Part shown: piece after piece, positions 9,167-20,642 of the stretch | Numbering within the stretch: the stretch's first letter is position 1 | Layout: each line of letters begins with the position of its first letter | Translations under genes and position numbers: made by a program | Origin: Candidatus Bathyarchaeota archaeon | Lineage (GTDB): Archaea > Thermoproteota > Bathyarchaeia > Bathyarchaeales > Bathycorpusculaceae | Assembly (NCBI GenBank): GCA_963806535.1 | Contig: CAWDYC010000003.1 | Span: forward strand, 160,001 to 224,000 | Length of the DNA stretch: 64,000 nt | Direction: 5' to 3' | The notes under the pieces: model-generated | The model's database searches: none | What the model saw: only the letters and a program-made list of their open reading frames with translations | What the model was told of the DNA's origin: nothing

Positions 9167-12034
9167 GCAAATAGAATTTCGCGTTTTTTGTGTTTCATTT
9201 TTGTTTAACTTTCGGTTTTTGAAACCAAGAATAAAAATACTTGAAATTGCTAACGTGATGAATAATAACAACGCTACTGACGGAAACTCTGGGACAGTGG
9301 CTGGAGAAGTAGTAGGCTGTAATTGGGTCGGCTGGGAAGTTGCTGAAGGCGCGATTGTAGATTTAGGTGAAGTGGTTGGAGTGACTGTTGGAGCAACTGT
9401 TGGTGAAGTTGAAGGAGTTGCTGTCGGAGTGCTCCTAAAGCAATAACTACGGTATGGCTACTATGATGGTACGTAAAAGTTATTATCCAATTATTTCCCT
9501 CTAAAAAGGAATTATAATTAATTGTAGCAGTGTCTAACATGACATTGAGCTTCGAAATATCTGGGATAAGTGATTGTGGAATGCAAACTTGGGTACAGCC
9601 TGTTGTTCCCGCAGTTCCCGAAACGCCGAAGCTTAATTCGTTTGTTGTTGAGTCAAATGTTAAGCTTGTTAGCGTTGAATTTGAAGTTACAGAGAAAACA
9701 TTTTGATTCTTGATTATTAAAAGGTGCAATTGCAAAGTTGTTTGTCGCACTTACATCAGAGTAAACGCCGTTTCCTGGACAAGTCGCTTTTATGATATAG
9801 TTGCCTGAAGCAGAAGGCATCCAAACTACAGAGAAACTTCCATTATCGCCTGTGTCCACATAAGCTAAATCTTGCCAAGTTGATCCAGCTGTTACACTAT
9901 AGGATAACTGTATTCCAGTGTAAGATATGGCTGTTCCATTATACGTTAAATTACCTTGAATTTCAACGTTAAATCTGGAATTTGTGGTTGAGCTAATGCA
10001 ATCAAAGGATAAACTAGGAGACGGCAAAATTGGTGTAGGCGTGGGCGTTGGAGTTGGGATTGGAAGAGTAATAAGTGTTGTTTGGTTTCTCGATGGCAAA
10101 TAATGTAAGGTGTTGTTCACAAAGTTTTGTCCAGGAAAGTTAAGGCTTAGCGTCCATGTACCGCTCTCTGTTGGAGTAAAACTGAGGTTTAGAGAGCCAT
10201 CGGAGTTGGAGTTCAAAAGGTTGTTTATGACAGTTCCATCTGGGCTTGTTATTGAGAATGTAATATTGTTAAAGACTGAGGATGTTGGCGGTGCAGGTAT
10301 AACTGACATATTGACATGGACATTTTGATAGATTTGAACTGGGTTAGGAGCTGCGTTTAGTTTGCATTGGGTCGTTATGGGTTGTTCAATGGGAGTGGGA
10401 CTAGGTGTAGGCGATGGAGTTGGAGAAGCGGTTGGCGAAACAGTTGGAGTAGGTGATGGAGTAGAAGAAGGAGTTGGAGTTACAGTTGGACTAGGAGTGG
10501 GAGAAGGCGATAAAGAACCAAAAGCGTATACATTGCCATCGCTTGAGCCCACGTAGACAATACCATCGGCAATAGCTGGAGACGACCAACCCACAGAGCC
10601 GCCCGTTTGGTAACTCCACAAGCTGTTTCCGATGGAAGTACCAAAGGCAAAGAAAGTTCCATTATTTCCACCTATGTAGACCGAACCATCGGTTACAGCA
10701 GGCGAAGAAAATTCCACACCACTTGTTGGGAAATTCCACAACACATCTCCGCTTGAAACGCTCAACGCATAAATTTGACCCCCACCCCCGTTGCTGGAAG
10801 AACCCACGTAAATAACACCGTTAGCAATGGCGGGAGATGAAAAAACTGAGCCATCTGTTTTGTAGCTCCATATTTTGCTTCCAGTAGAAGCGTTCAAAGC
10901 GTAAATGCTTCCATAGCCTGATGTGTCGCCGCCGATGTAAACTACGCCATTGACAACCGCAGGAGACGAACAAACTATGTCACCTGCTACGTAACTCCAC
11001 AGCTTAAGCCCCGTATTAGCATTCAATGCATAAACAGTCCCATCGCTCGCACCTACGTAAACTATTCCGCCGACCACAGCTGGAGATGAGCGCACAGCCC
11101 CGCTGCCCGTTGCGTAGTTCCACAACCTAGCTCCAGTCGATGCATTTAAAGCGTAAACACTCGCATCGTAAGATCCTATAAAGACTACTCCGTTCACAAC
11201 AGCGGGAGATGACTCAAGGTTACTACCTGTTTGATAGCTCCACAACTTGGCCCCAGTATAAGCATTTAAGGCATAAACTATTCCGTCCCACGAACCCACG
11301 TAAACCACACCGTTGACTACAGCAGGACTAGAGTCCACCGAACCATCAGTTTGGTAACCCCACAGCTTAGCCCCCGTAAAAGCATCCAAAGCGTAAACCC
11401 ATTTGTCCCCTGTGCCTATGTAGACTAAGCCTCCAGCTACTGCAGGAGAAGAAGTAATGAAGCTACCCGTTCCGTAAGTCCATAAAGTTTGGCTTGTAGT
11501 AGGACCAGAAGATGTAGAATAACCAGAATGGGCTACCCCATTGTGGAACATAGTCCAGGATTCAGGGTCCACTCTTACCAACAAATCACTGCCTCCAACA
11601 CTCGGACTGTTATTTGAGTCTCCGCTATAAGAGGCCATGACGCTCACAATTCCAGAATTCGTTTCAGTGAATACCGTCGTAGAATTCCCAGAAATTAGTG
11701 GTGTTAAGATAGAGCTGAACATACCTGTGTTGCTTGTTGTGGTCCAGTTTATTGTTCCCGTGGGATTGGACCCAGACACTGTAGCAGTGCAGATAACACC
11801 AGAACCAACGAAAGCAGGATTAGGAGAACAGGAAACAGACAAGAAAGAAAGCGTTTGCCCCAGCGAATCAAAACCAGATACTTTGGCATTAGATGAACCC
11901 GCATAGACTATGCCGTTTGCAATAGCGGGTGAATTGTCTCCCAACGCCATTTTGAAAGACCCACTAAAACCAAAAAACAACGAACATAACAAAAGAGTAG
12001 TCAAAAACAAGGTGAACCAGTAATTTTTTCTCAT
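9104..12034 (-). CDS. multidomain surface protein: Ig-like + PQQ-type beta-propeller + Pro/Thr linkers + PEF-CTERM-like anchor (2 frameshifts near 3' end)
   Basis: Signal peptide; ~8 SSPAV..G.VYVG..D..VYAL.A.TG..LWSY repeats; PT runs; last frame ends VPEFPS-TM-basic. 3' end approximate. Confidence 0.85.
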
Positions 12035-12409
12035 TTTCCTTTTCCCCGAGGCATACGTTCACATCAATTTGAACAAGTGAACAAGCGCTACTTAGTCACT
12101 TCAGTTTAAGAACTATTAAAGGCTTATTTCAAATATCATAATATCGAGTTCTCGTTTAACAGTTATCTCTAAAACATTTCAAGTGATAATAAGTTGCAGA
12201 TTCTACTCGTAACCTTTGATAATCAAGATTACGGTTATTTGTGTTCAGGCTGGAATATTTACACTTTAGATAACCCTAACAGCAACAGACTTTGGAATTA
12301 CCCAACAAGCAACCTTAATAACGATATACTAATAGAAGCCGATACTCTCAGCAAAACAAAATGCGACGAACATCAAATCGTTTTTCGAGAGAGAAAGAGA
12401 AAAAAAATC

Positions 12410-12486
12410 AGAAATTAGTCTTATTAAGGCTGAGCAGAACTGAATCTATGAAAGTGCCCAGCTGATGACTAAGTACTCTGCATTGG
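12410..12486 (+). repeat. 77-bp direct repeat, copy 2
   Basis: Matches 9090-9166; contains ATG 12465. Confidence 0.95.
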
Positions 12487-13315
12487 CGTTAACAACCAGT
12501 TACTGGAAACCCGGCGACAACTACATCGACAAAATAACAAGCGCTTTAAATGGCAAAATTGAAAATGGCGATTTTGTTGTTGTTTCAGAGAAGGCAATTT
12601 CAACAGCGTTAGGCAACATGGTTGATGAAAGCAATGTAAAACCAAACCTAAACGCAAAGTTTATGGCTCATTATTGGATGAGACTTGTCTGGGGCTATCC
12701 TCTTGGAATATTAAGCCACTTTGGTCCACGTCTACTTGCACAGATTAAGGAAGTATCCGCTTGAGTCTGGCAGCCGCCACAAACAAGTAGCTCTTCAATA
12801 TGCGGGTTTTTGGCAAGTCGCTCATGTTTGGTTCTGAAGGAGGAATCGACGGCTCCAACCTACCCTACTCATATCGTGAGCTTGCCACTGAAAAATCGCA
12901 GATGAAATAGCGAAAAAAATTCAAAAAGAAATTCGGTTGAAATTGCAGAAAGAGTGTTTGCGTTATAATTGCTGACACAGATAAAACTTACAGGTTCAGG
13001 AATTTCTTTTTTACTCCAAGACCAAAACCGCTCAAAGGCATACATTCATTCGGCGGAGCCGCCACGTACATTATTGGTCGGATCTTAAATTTCAAAAAAA
13101 GTTCAACCCCACTGGCGGTTGCAGGCTGCAATCTTCAGGCAAGCGAAGCGTTAACCATCACCAACATAGCTGACAAAGCCAGAGGACCAGGTTCAGGCGC
13201 TACAGTTTGGGATATGGCAGCAAGGTTTCAAGTGGACATTAACGGTGTAAGCTGGGAAATGCTGTCCAAAATCAGGCATAAACCATTAGTTATTGTTAGA
13301 AAAAAATTAGCTTAA
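12465..13315 (+). CDS. coenzyme F420-0:L-glutamate ligase family protein (several frameshifts)
   Basis: YWKPGD, GDFVVVSEKAIS, EGGIDGSNLP, IADTDKTY, GPGSG motifs across frames. Confidence 0.7.
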
Positions 13316-13421
13316 CAAATGCAAAAAGAAACAAATAATAGTTTAGTTGAAAGAACCTTTTGGTATAGTAAAACATAAAAACGTGGCTTGAACGCTCATA
13401 GCGGAACGGTGGAAAATAGTT

Positions 13422-14929
13422 ATGGAAGAAGCAATACAGAAACTTGACGCATTCTTCAACCCACATTCAGTAGCCGTTATCGGCGCCACAAAAAAAGTTG
13501 ACAAAGCAGGTCACGTCATTTTCAAAAATTTTGCAACTAACAAGGAACGCGGAGTTTTCAAAGGAGAACTCTACCCTGTTAATCCAGGCGAAGATTCAAT
13601 TTTAGGTTTCAAATGTTACCACTCACTATGTAATATTCCAAGCGAAGTCGAATTAATTGTTGTTATCATTCCTGCTAAAGCTGTACCCGCCATCATGGAA
13701 GAAGCTGTTTCCAAAAAAGTCAAAGCTGCAATCATAATCAGCTCAGGCTTCAAAGAAGTTGGCAACACAGAACTTGAAGAACAAGTTGTAGCTAGCGGCG
13801 AAAAAAGGCGGAATACGCGTTTTAGGACCCAACTGCTTAGGCAGTCTACTACTCAAAAACAGGAATTGACACGCTGTTCCTACCAGAAACAAAAGTTTTA
13901 ACCACAGGCGAAGAAGTGGTGGCTACTCCAAGACCATTGCCAGGCAACATTGCCATGATCACCCAAAGCGGCGCCTTCGGAGTCGCAGCCCTAGACTACT
14001 TGACTGGGCGCCAGATGGGCGTCAGCAAATTCGTGAGCTTCGGAAACAAATGCGACGTCACTGAATCCGACATTCTTCATTACCTACTCCACGACAAAGA
14101 AACCAAAGTCATCCTTGTTTATTTGGAAGATGTCAAATCTGGACGGGAATTCCTAAGGATAGCCAAGAAAGTTACGGCTAAAAAACCCGTCGTCGTCATC
14201 AAGTCAGGTAGAAGCGCGGCAGGCTCAAGAGCCGCTGCTTCACACACAGGCGCCATTGCAGGCTCAGACAAAATCTACGATGCCGCGTTTGAGCAGGGTG
14301 GAGTTATTAGAGCTCGTGACATGGAGGAGTTTTTTGACATCGGAAAAGCCTTAGCCATGCAGCCGCCAGCCATAGGCAAAAACATTGGTATACTTACCGA
14401 TGCAGGTGGACCAGGCGTCATGACCGTTGACGAATGCGAAGCTTTAGGCTTAACAGTGGACCGTTTCTCTGATGAAGCAATTCAGAAATTCCAGGAACTA
14501 AAAGACCAAAATATCATCTTAAAGATTGCAGCTACCTCAAATCCCGTTGACCTTACCGGTTCAGTGACTGATGACATGTTTGTTATGGCTGCTGACTTGA
14601 TGTTCCAAGACCCACAGATCTACGGCATAATCCTTCTTGGGCTTCATCATATGCCAGGACTCCGAGAAGTATACATTGACGGCATAGTGAAAGTAGCCTC
14701 AAATTACACTAAGCCCATCGTCATGTGCGACATTGGCGAAACAGAAATGGCCCTCTACACACGCTCACGCTTTGACAAACTCGGCGTTCCCTCGTTCTCA
14801 TCGCCTGAGGATGCAGCACGCGCCATGAAAGCGCTTGTAACCTACGGCGCATACCTAAAAAGAAACAATTGCGCAGACGAATACATTGCATCCTTAAAGA
14901 AAACGGGCAGCACTACAGGTCAACGATAA
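13422..14929 (+). CDS. acetate/acyl-CoA ligase (ADP-forming) alpha subunit (frameshifts near 13800-13850)
   Basis: FFNPHSVAVIGA, ISSGFKE, TQSGA, SFGNKCD, KSGRS..G..AAASHTGA, NPVDLTG. Confidence 0.9.
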
Positions 14930-15346
14930 CAGTTACTTCATTGCCATCCACTATCTTCAGGCGTTCACGCAAATACCAAGGAGCAATAACCTCTAAAACA
15001 TCGCTTGGATAATGGGGAACTTGTGGAATAATAATTGCACAATCTAAACCATCTATAGACGCTTTGATTAACGTTCCCTTGCAGTAGCCCTTCTCTGGGT
15101 AAATCTCAAGATGATTGGCGTTTTTAAGCAGTTTTTTTTGCTTTTCGCACTTCTTTTGATCAGACGGATGTTTAATGTTCCACTGTACGGTGTAAAACCA
15201 AGTTTTTCCTCTATCTGCCTTTTAACCCATGGCAATTCAATAAATTTGCGTCCTTCGCCCTTGCCAGAAAAAACAGTGCCTTTGAACACTATTTTTTGCA
15301 AAGCGATAGCCTTCAAGAGGCTTAATGTTTTTGTTCTTTTAGCCAT
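14913..15346 (-). CDS. ribK: CTP-dependent riboflavin kinase (frameshifted)
   Basis: GTVFSGKGEGRKF, LGFTPYSGTLN; downstream frame LEVIAPWYLRERLKIVDG. Confidence 0.8.
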
Positions 15347-15694
15347 TCAGCTACTCTGGTTAGAACAGGATCAGTTGATATGTCAACGACTGGCACAATC
15401 ATTTTTTCTTTAGTTTCAATCGTCTGCGCATATTTTGGCATAAGCGAGTAACCTACAAAGGTCCAGTAAACCTTGCCGTTTTCTAAGAGTTCTTTAGCCA
15501 CTACAGCTGTTGAAGCGGGAAGCGGAAAATACAGGAAGACAACGCCGTCAACCCAGTATAGCCCAGCTAGTTTGCCGCCTGCTATCACCGATGTGAATCT
15601 TGCGATGTCTTCAGGCGTGTTGAAAAAAGTTTTTTCCATAATTACAATTTTCTTAAAAGGCTCATATGTAGATTGATACTTCAGGTTTACTCAT
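15322..15694 (-). CDS. hypothetical protein
   Basis: ORF 15322..15639, extended to ATG 15694 through one frameshift; overlaps ribK. Confidence 0.65.
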
Positions 15695-15811
15695 AACCTT
15701 ACACCAATTAGTTAGCTATTGTGTCGGCGGCTCCCTTTTAATTTTGTCATAAATTTAGAAAAAGTTATAGCGTAGGCGAACATTAAGCCTTCACTAACAC
15801 ATACATCTTGG

Positions 15812-16914
15812 ATGGTTAATCGTTTCATGCCTGAAATTCGCGTAGCACTTATCGGCGTTGGCAACAGCGCATCAGCCCTGATTCAGGGAACCCAATACTA
15901 TAAAGACGCAAAAGAAAACACGACCGTGCCAGGACTAATGCACGTAAACTATGGTGGATACCACATCAGAGATATCCATTTTGTTGCCGCCTTTGAAGTT
16001 AACAAAGACAAAATTGGCAAAGACCTCTCAGAAGCCATCTGGGTTAAACCTAACGTGCTGCGAAAAATTCGCTGATGTCCCAATTTAGGCGTAAAAGTTT
16101 CTCCAGCCCCAATCCTTGACGGCGTCGCACCTCACATGCGAGAAACCTTCAACGTTTACGACGACAGCAAAACCACCAAAGAAAGCGTCGTCAAAGTTCT
16201 CAAAGAAACCAAAACACAAGTTCTCGTTAATTATCTTCCAGTCGGAAGCCATGACGCAGTCCGATTTTATGCTCAATGCGCAATTGATGCGGGATGCGCC
16301 TTTGTGAACTGCATGCCTGAATTCATCGGCTCAGACAAAACGGGGAGTGGCCAAAGAAATTCGAGAAAGCAGGTTTACCAGTTCTTGGTGACGACATAAA
16401 AAGCCAAGTTGGCGCCACAATTCTTGCACCGCACTCTTGTTCGGTTATGTTTAGACCGAGGTGTCATTGTGGATGAAACTTACCAGCTTAAATCTTGGCG
16501 GAGACACAGACTTCCAAAACATGACTGTGGAAAACCGTCTTACCTCAAAACGCATCAGCAAAACCGAAGCCGTCACAAGCCTTGTTCCCTACGCTTTGCC
16601 AACAAGAATTGGACCATCAGATTTCGTGCCTTTCCTGAAAAACAAGAAAATCTGCTACATCTCACTTAAAACCCGACGCATTCGGCGACCGCCCAATTAA
16701 CATCAGCGTCAAACTGGAAGTGGAAGATTCCCCAAACAGCGCAGGCGTAGTCATCGATTTGATTCGTGCAGCAAAAATTGCATTAGACCGCAAAATTGCT
16801 GGTGCCCTGCTAAGCATGCCGTCTTACGCGTTTAAGCATCCGCCTGTTCAGGTGCCTGATTCACAAGCTCGGCAATGGACGGAAGATTGGATAGCAGGCA
16901 AACGAGAACGCTAA
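15812..16914 (+). CDS. ino1: myo-inositol-1-phosphate synthase (multiple frameshifts)
   Basis: [63 protein letters not shown]. Confidence 0.9.
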
Positions 16915-16999
16915 GCCGTTCCCACTTTTCTTCTTTGTGAAACCTTTTAATGTTTGAATTGAACAGGATAAATACATCAATATTTAGAAGGTTCAAATC

Positions 17000-17434
17000 A
17001 TGGTAAAAGTTGAAGCATACGAAGTGCCAGAAGGCCTTTACTACTCTAAAGATTTTGAATGGATAAAAATCGAAGGCGACAAAGTTCGCATGGGCATCAC
17101 CGACTACGCGCAGAAATCGCTTAGAGAAATTGTTTACGCTGAATTGCCAAGCGTTGGAACAGAAGTGAAACAAGGCGAGCCTTATGGAACACTGGAATCT
17201 GTTAAAGCCGTTTCAGACCTTGTTGCAGCCATAAGCGGAACAATCCAAGAAGTTAACGAAGAAGTCCAATCAAAACCCGAAACTCTCAACGAAGACCCAT
17301 ATGAAAAAGGCTGGTTAATTGTTGTTAAACCTTCAAACTTGCAGGCAGAGCTTGCAAACCTGATGGATTTCAACGGCGCTGTTGAGTGGCATAAAGCTCA
17401 AGCCCAAAATCAAATAAGCAGAAGGCAAAGTTGG
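17000..17434 (+). CDS. gcvH: glycine cleavage system H protein (lipoyl carrier)
   Basis: GITDYAQ, LESVKAVSD (lipoyl Lys), NEDPYEKGW; as given it reads in frame into the next gene. Confidence 0.9.
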
Positions 17435-18782
17435 ATGGCAAGACGCATAATTGTTATTGGAGCTAACGCATCAGGCGTAGAGGCAGCTTCAGCCGCACGC
17501 AAAAAAGACCGCACAGCCGAAATCACATTGGTCACTCAAGAAAAAAATGCAGGTTACTCACGCTGCGGCTTACCCTTTGTCATTGGCGGGCAAATCGCGA
17601 AATTTACCGACTTAATTGTTTACCCACCAGCATACTTTCAAATGTTAAAGCTCAATTTACGCTGCGAAACAAAAGCCACAGCAATCAACACCAAAGAAAA
17701 AACCGTAACCATCGCATCCAAAGAGGGAGCCACCGAAGTTTTGCCCTACGACAGCCTAGTAATTGCTACTGGCGCTGACTCTTTCATGCCGCCGATTAAA
17801 GGCAAAGAAAAAGCTGGAATCCTAAGCCTCCGAGGCATCGAAGACGGCGAAAAAATCGATGCCGCAGTCAAAGCAGGCGCAAAATCAGCAGTTATTATGG
17901 GTGCTGGCTTAATCGGTTTGGAAGTCGGCGTGGCTTTGATGGAGAAAGGCTTGAAAGTTACTGTCGTGGAAATGCTGCCGCAAATTTTGCCTCAGTTGCT
18001 TGATGCTGACATGGCAAAGCATGGTTCAAGAACATTTAGAACAGAAAGGCATGCGCATATTAACCAGCAAAGGCGTCGAAGAATTCCTTGGTGAAGACAA
18101 AGTTACAGCAGTTAAAGCAGGCGGCGAAACGATTGAGGCTGACCTGTTCATCAGCGCTTTCGGCGTGAGAGCAAACACAAAGCTCGCAGTTGATGCTGGA
18201 ATTCCGTTGGGTGAAACCCGCGCAATTAAAACTAATGGACGCATGGAAACAGACGTAAAAGATGTTTACGCTGTCGGCGACTGCGCTGAAGCCCCAAACA
18301 TAATCACTCATCGCCCCATGTGCGCTCAACTTGGCACCATTGCGGTTCGTCAAGGCAAAGTAGCTGGAGCAAACGCTGGAGGAGACTATTCACAGTTTTC
18401 AGGGATTTTAGCTTCCGCAGTCACAATGCTTTTTGAGATTGAAGCAGGAAACACAGGCTTAACCGAAACAGCAGCTGCACGCAACCGAATCGAAGTCGTC
18501 ACTGGAGCCATCAGCAGCAAGACCAAAGCAGATTATTTCCCAGGCGCCAAACCAATCAAAGTAAAACTTGTTGTTGAAAAAGAATCCCAACGCATCATCG
18601 GCGGACAAGTCATCGGCGGAGAAGAAGTGACCCAACGCATAAACTGCCTCAGCTTCGCCATCCAAAAAGGCATGACCGTACGAGAACTCGCCAAAGCAGA
18701 CACAGCCTATGCGCCACCGCTCTGCGAAACATGGGAACCCATGGTTCTAGCCGCAGAAATGGTACTAATGAAACTGCGGTAA
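17435..18782 (+). CDS. FAD-dependent pyridine nucleotide-disulfide oxidoreductase (CoA-disulfide reductase/NADH oxidase family; frameshift near 18020)
   Basis: IIVIGANASG, YSRCGLP (redox Cys), ATG, GAGLIGLE, YAVGDC, YAPP. Confidence 0.88.
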
Positions 18783-18876
18783 ATACAATTTTCTTATTTC
18801 TTTTTTAGAGTTTGAGGCTGTTCTTTTTAACCTAAAACTTATATTTTATGACGCGAAATCAAGAAGTGGTGTCTTT

Positions 18877-19095
18877 TTGACTTGTTGGAAATGGTTCAAT
18901 AGTGTTTTAAAAGAAGCGGATGTGCAGTTAACAAGCGACAATCAGGAAAAGGTTGACAAAATCATTCACAAATACATTGGCGATCAATCTAGTTACGGAC
19001 ATTGTTCTCCAGATTGGAAGAAGGCGAGTAAAGAAATTAAGTCAAATTCAGAAATGAGAAACGAACTCGTCTCAAAACTAAAAGCAATGAAGTAA
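18877..19095 (+). CDS. hypothetical protein
   Basis: 72-aa ORF with upstream TATA-like and GGTG elements. Confidence 0.55.
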   Translation: MTCWKWFNSVLKEADVQLTSDNQEKVDKIIHKYIGDQSSYGHCSPDWKKASKEIKSNSEMRNELVSKLKAMK

Positions 19096-19155
19096 CTTCG
19101 CAGCACAGTTTCTTTTAAACCTGACGAACTAAGGAATTTGGTTATCCTCTATCAA

Positions 19156-19886
19156 TCATTTTGGATGACCAGCCACTGTGAGGTAAATTACGCTCTCTTC
19201 TTCTCCATCTAAATCTAAGATTGAGTTAATTTCGTCGTCAAAGAAAGCTCCGACTTGGCAGGACCCACAAGTGATACTTGTGGCTGCTAAAGCCAGATTT
19301 TGTGCAATGTGTCCAGCGTCCAAGTAAACGTATCTGTAGGCTCTTTGAGCATATTTCCATTTTGACCTGTTAAACATAGCTGTCCAGATGAAGACCACTG
19401 GAGCGATTGCACATATCGTCTGATCTAAGGCTGCATGAGCTATAGCATCGCCAAAATTTCCAGTCTTAATTTCTTCTAAACTGTGATCTTTTATGTTGTA
19501 ATGGTAAATGCCTTTATCCACATCTTCGACGTTATTTACTCCAACGTATGTCTCGATTGGATATAATGCGCCAGCTGACGGAGCATTACGAAAATCGTAG
19601 CCATGTTCTATTCTTTGGATACCGGTAGACGCCCAAAGCAGAAAACCCAAATCTAATTTACTCAATGGTTGGGAAGAAAAGGCGCGTAGTACTTCGTCGT
19701 CTTTGTAGAGCATCAATGAAGGTAGCAGATACCTCTGATACCTGACTTGGCAATCTTACTATTTTGCTGTGTATGATAGCTTTTGTAAGTCTCTGGCTTG
19801 TTCGACCAATCCAAGTTGCCGCCAAAACCTTGGTTGCGAACATATTTGGTTTCTTTCTGAAAATTGTCTCCAACAGGTGTTCCCAT
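19156..19886 (-). CDS. SagB/ThcOx family nitroreductase-fold dehydrogenase (frameshifted)
   Basis: QRRRS, RNAPSAGALYPIE, KYAQRAYRYVYLDAGHIAQNL. Confidence 0.88.
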
Positions 19887-20274
19887 AATTTAACCTCTTC
19901 TTGAATTAGTTTTCTCCAGAGTTAGAACAAGTCTATTCAAAATAAACGATGTCAAATAAGTCGCCAATCATTCTCTTTATCTGAAGTTGTATTTAATCAA
20001 ATTGTTTTCTAAGCTTTATGAAGTGCCGGTTTTGTTTTTTCAAAAGAGACCATCTAAAAATAGACATTAGCCCATTTTAAGGAAAACTATTGTTGCGTTA
20101 GAGTTACAAAGCTTCATGTTAAGGCATTCATAATAGGATTTGGCGTAGGAAACAAGCTGTTGTTTTTAAGATGTTAATTCTGAAGTTTTAAGTTGAAATA
20201 TGAAAAAGAACTAGACCATTGCTAAACGCTTTTATCTTACAAATCTCGCTTGAAAGTCCATAAAGGTTTGACCT

Positions 20275-20454
20275 ATGGTCGAAATTAAAGTCAGTGAAAA
20301 ATGCACTGGATGCGAAACATGCGTAAACGTTTGCCCAGTCTGTGTTTACGAGATGAAAGACGGCAAATCTGTTCCTGTTAGAGTAAGCGATTGCGTAGTA
20401 TGCCGAACATGCGAATCTTCCTGCCCAGAAGGCGCTATAACGGTAACAGAATAA
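20275..20454 (+). CDS. 2[4Fe-4S] ferredoxin (59 aa, absent from ORF track)
   Basis: Hand translation MVEIKVSEKCTGCETCVNVCP...DCVVCRTCESSCPEGAITVTE: two CxxCxxCxxxCP motifs. Confidence 0.93.
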   Translation: MVEIKVSEKCTGCETCVNVCPVCVYEMKDGKSVPVRVSDCVVCRTCESSCPEGAITVTE

Positions 20455-20642
20455 ACTTTTGTGCACCAAATAGAAAAGCCACTAGATTAGAGCAAAAAGA
20501 AACCCTTTTTACCTTACTTTTTTCTTCTAATGAAATATGGTTATTTTTAGTTTTTTCCGGCTGTATCTGGTTTGCCAAACATTTTCCGAGTCTTTATTTT
20601 GTTGTGTTTTTTAGATGGATAAGTTGCCTGATGGCACTGGTT

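Noticed and set aside
10362-10556. Gly/Val-rich and other short antisense ORFs (e.g. 9201, 36389, 58143)
   Set aside because: They are shadows of Pro/Thr linkers or of well-supported genes on the opposite strand.
17395-17437. GcvH-oxidoreductase fusion as a definite novel protein
   Set aside because: One extra A would account for the lost stop, and a natural ATG sits at 17435.
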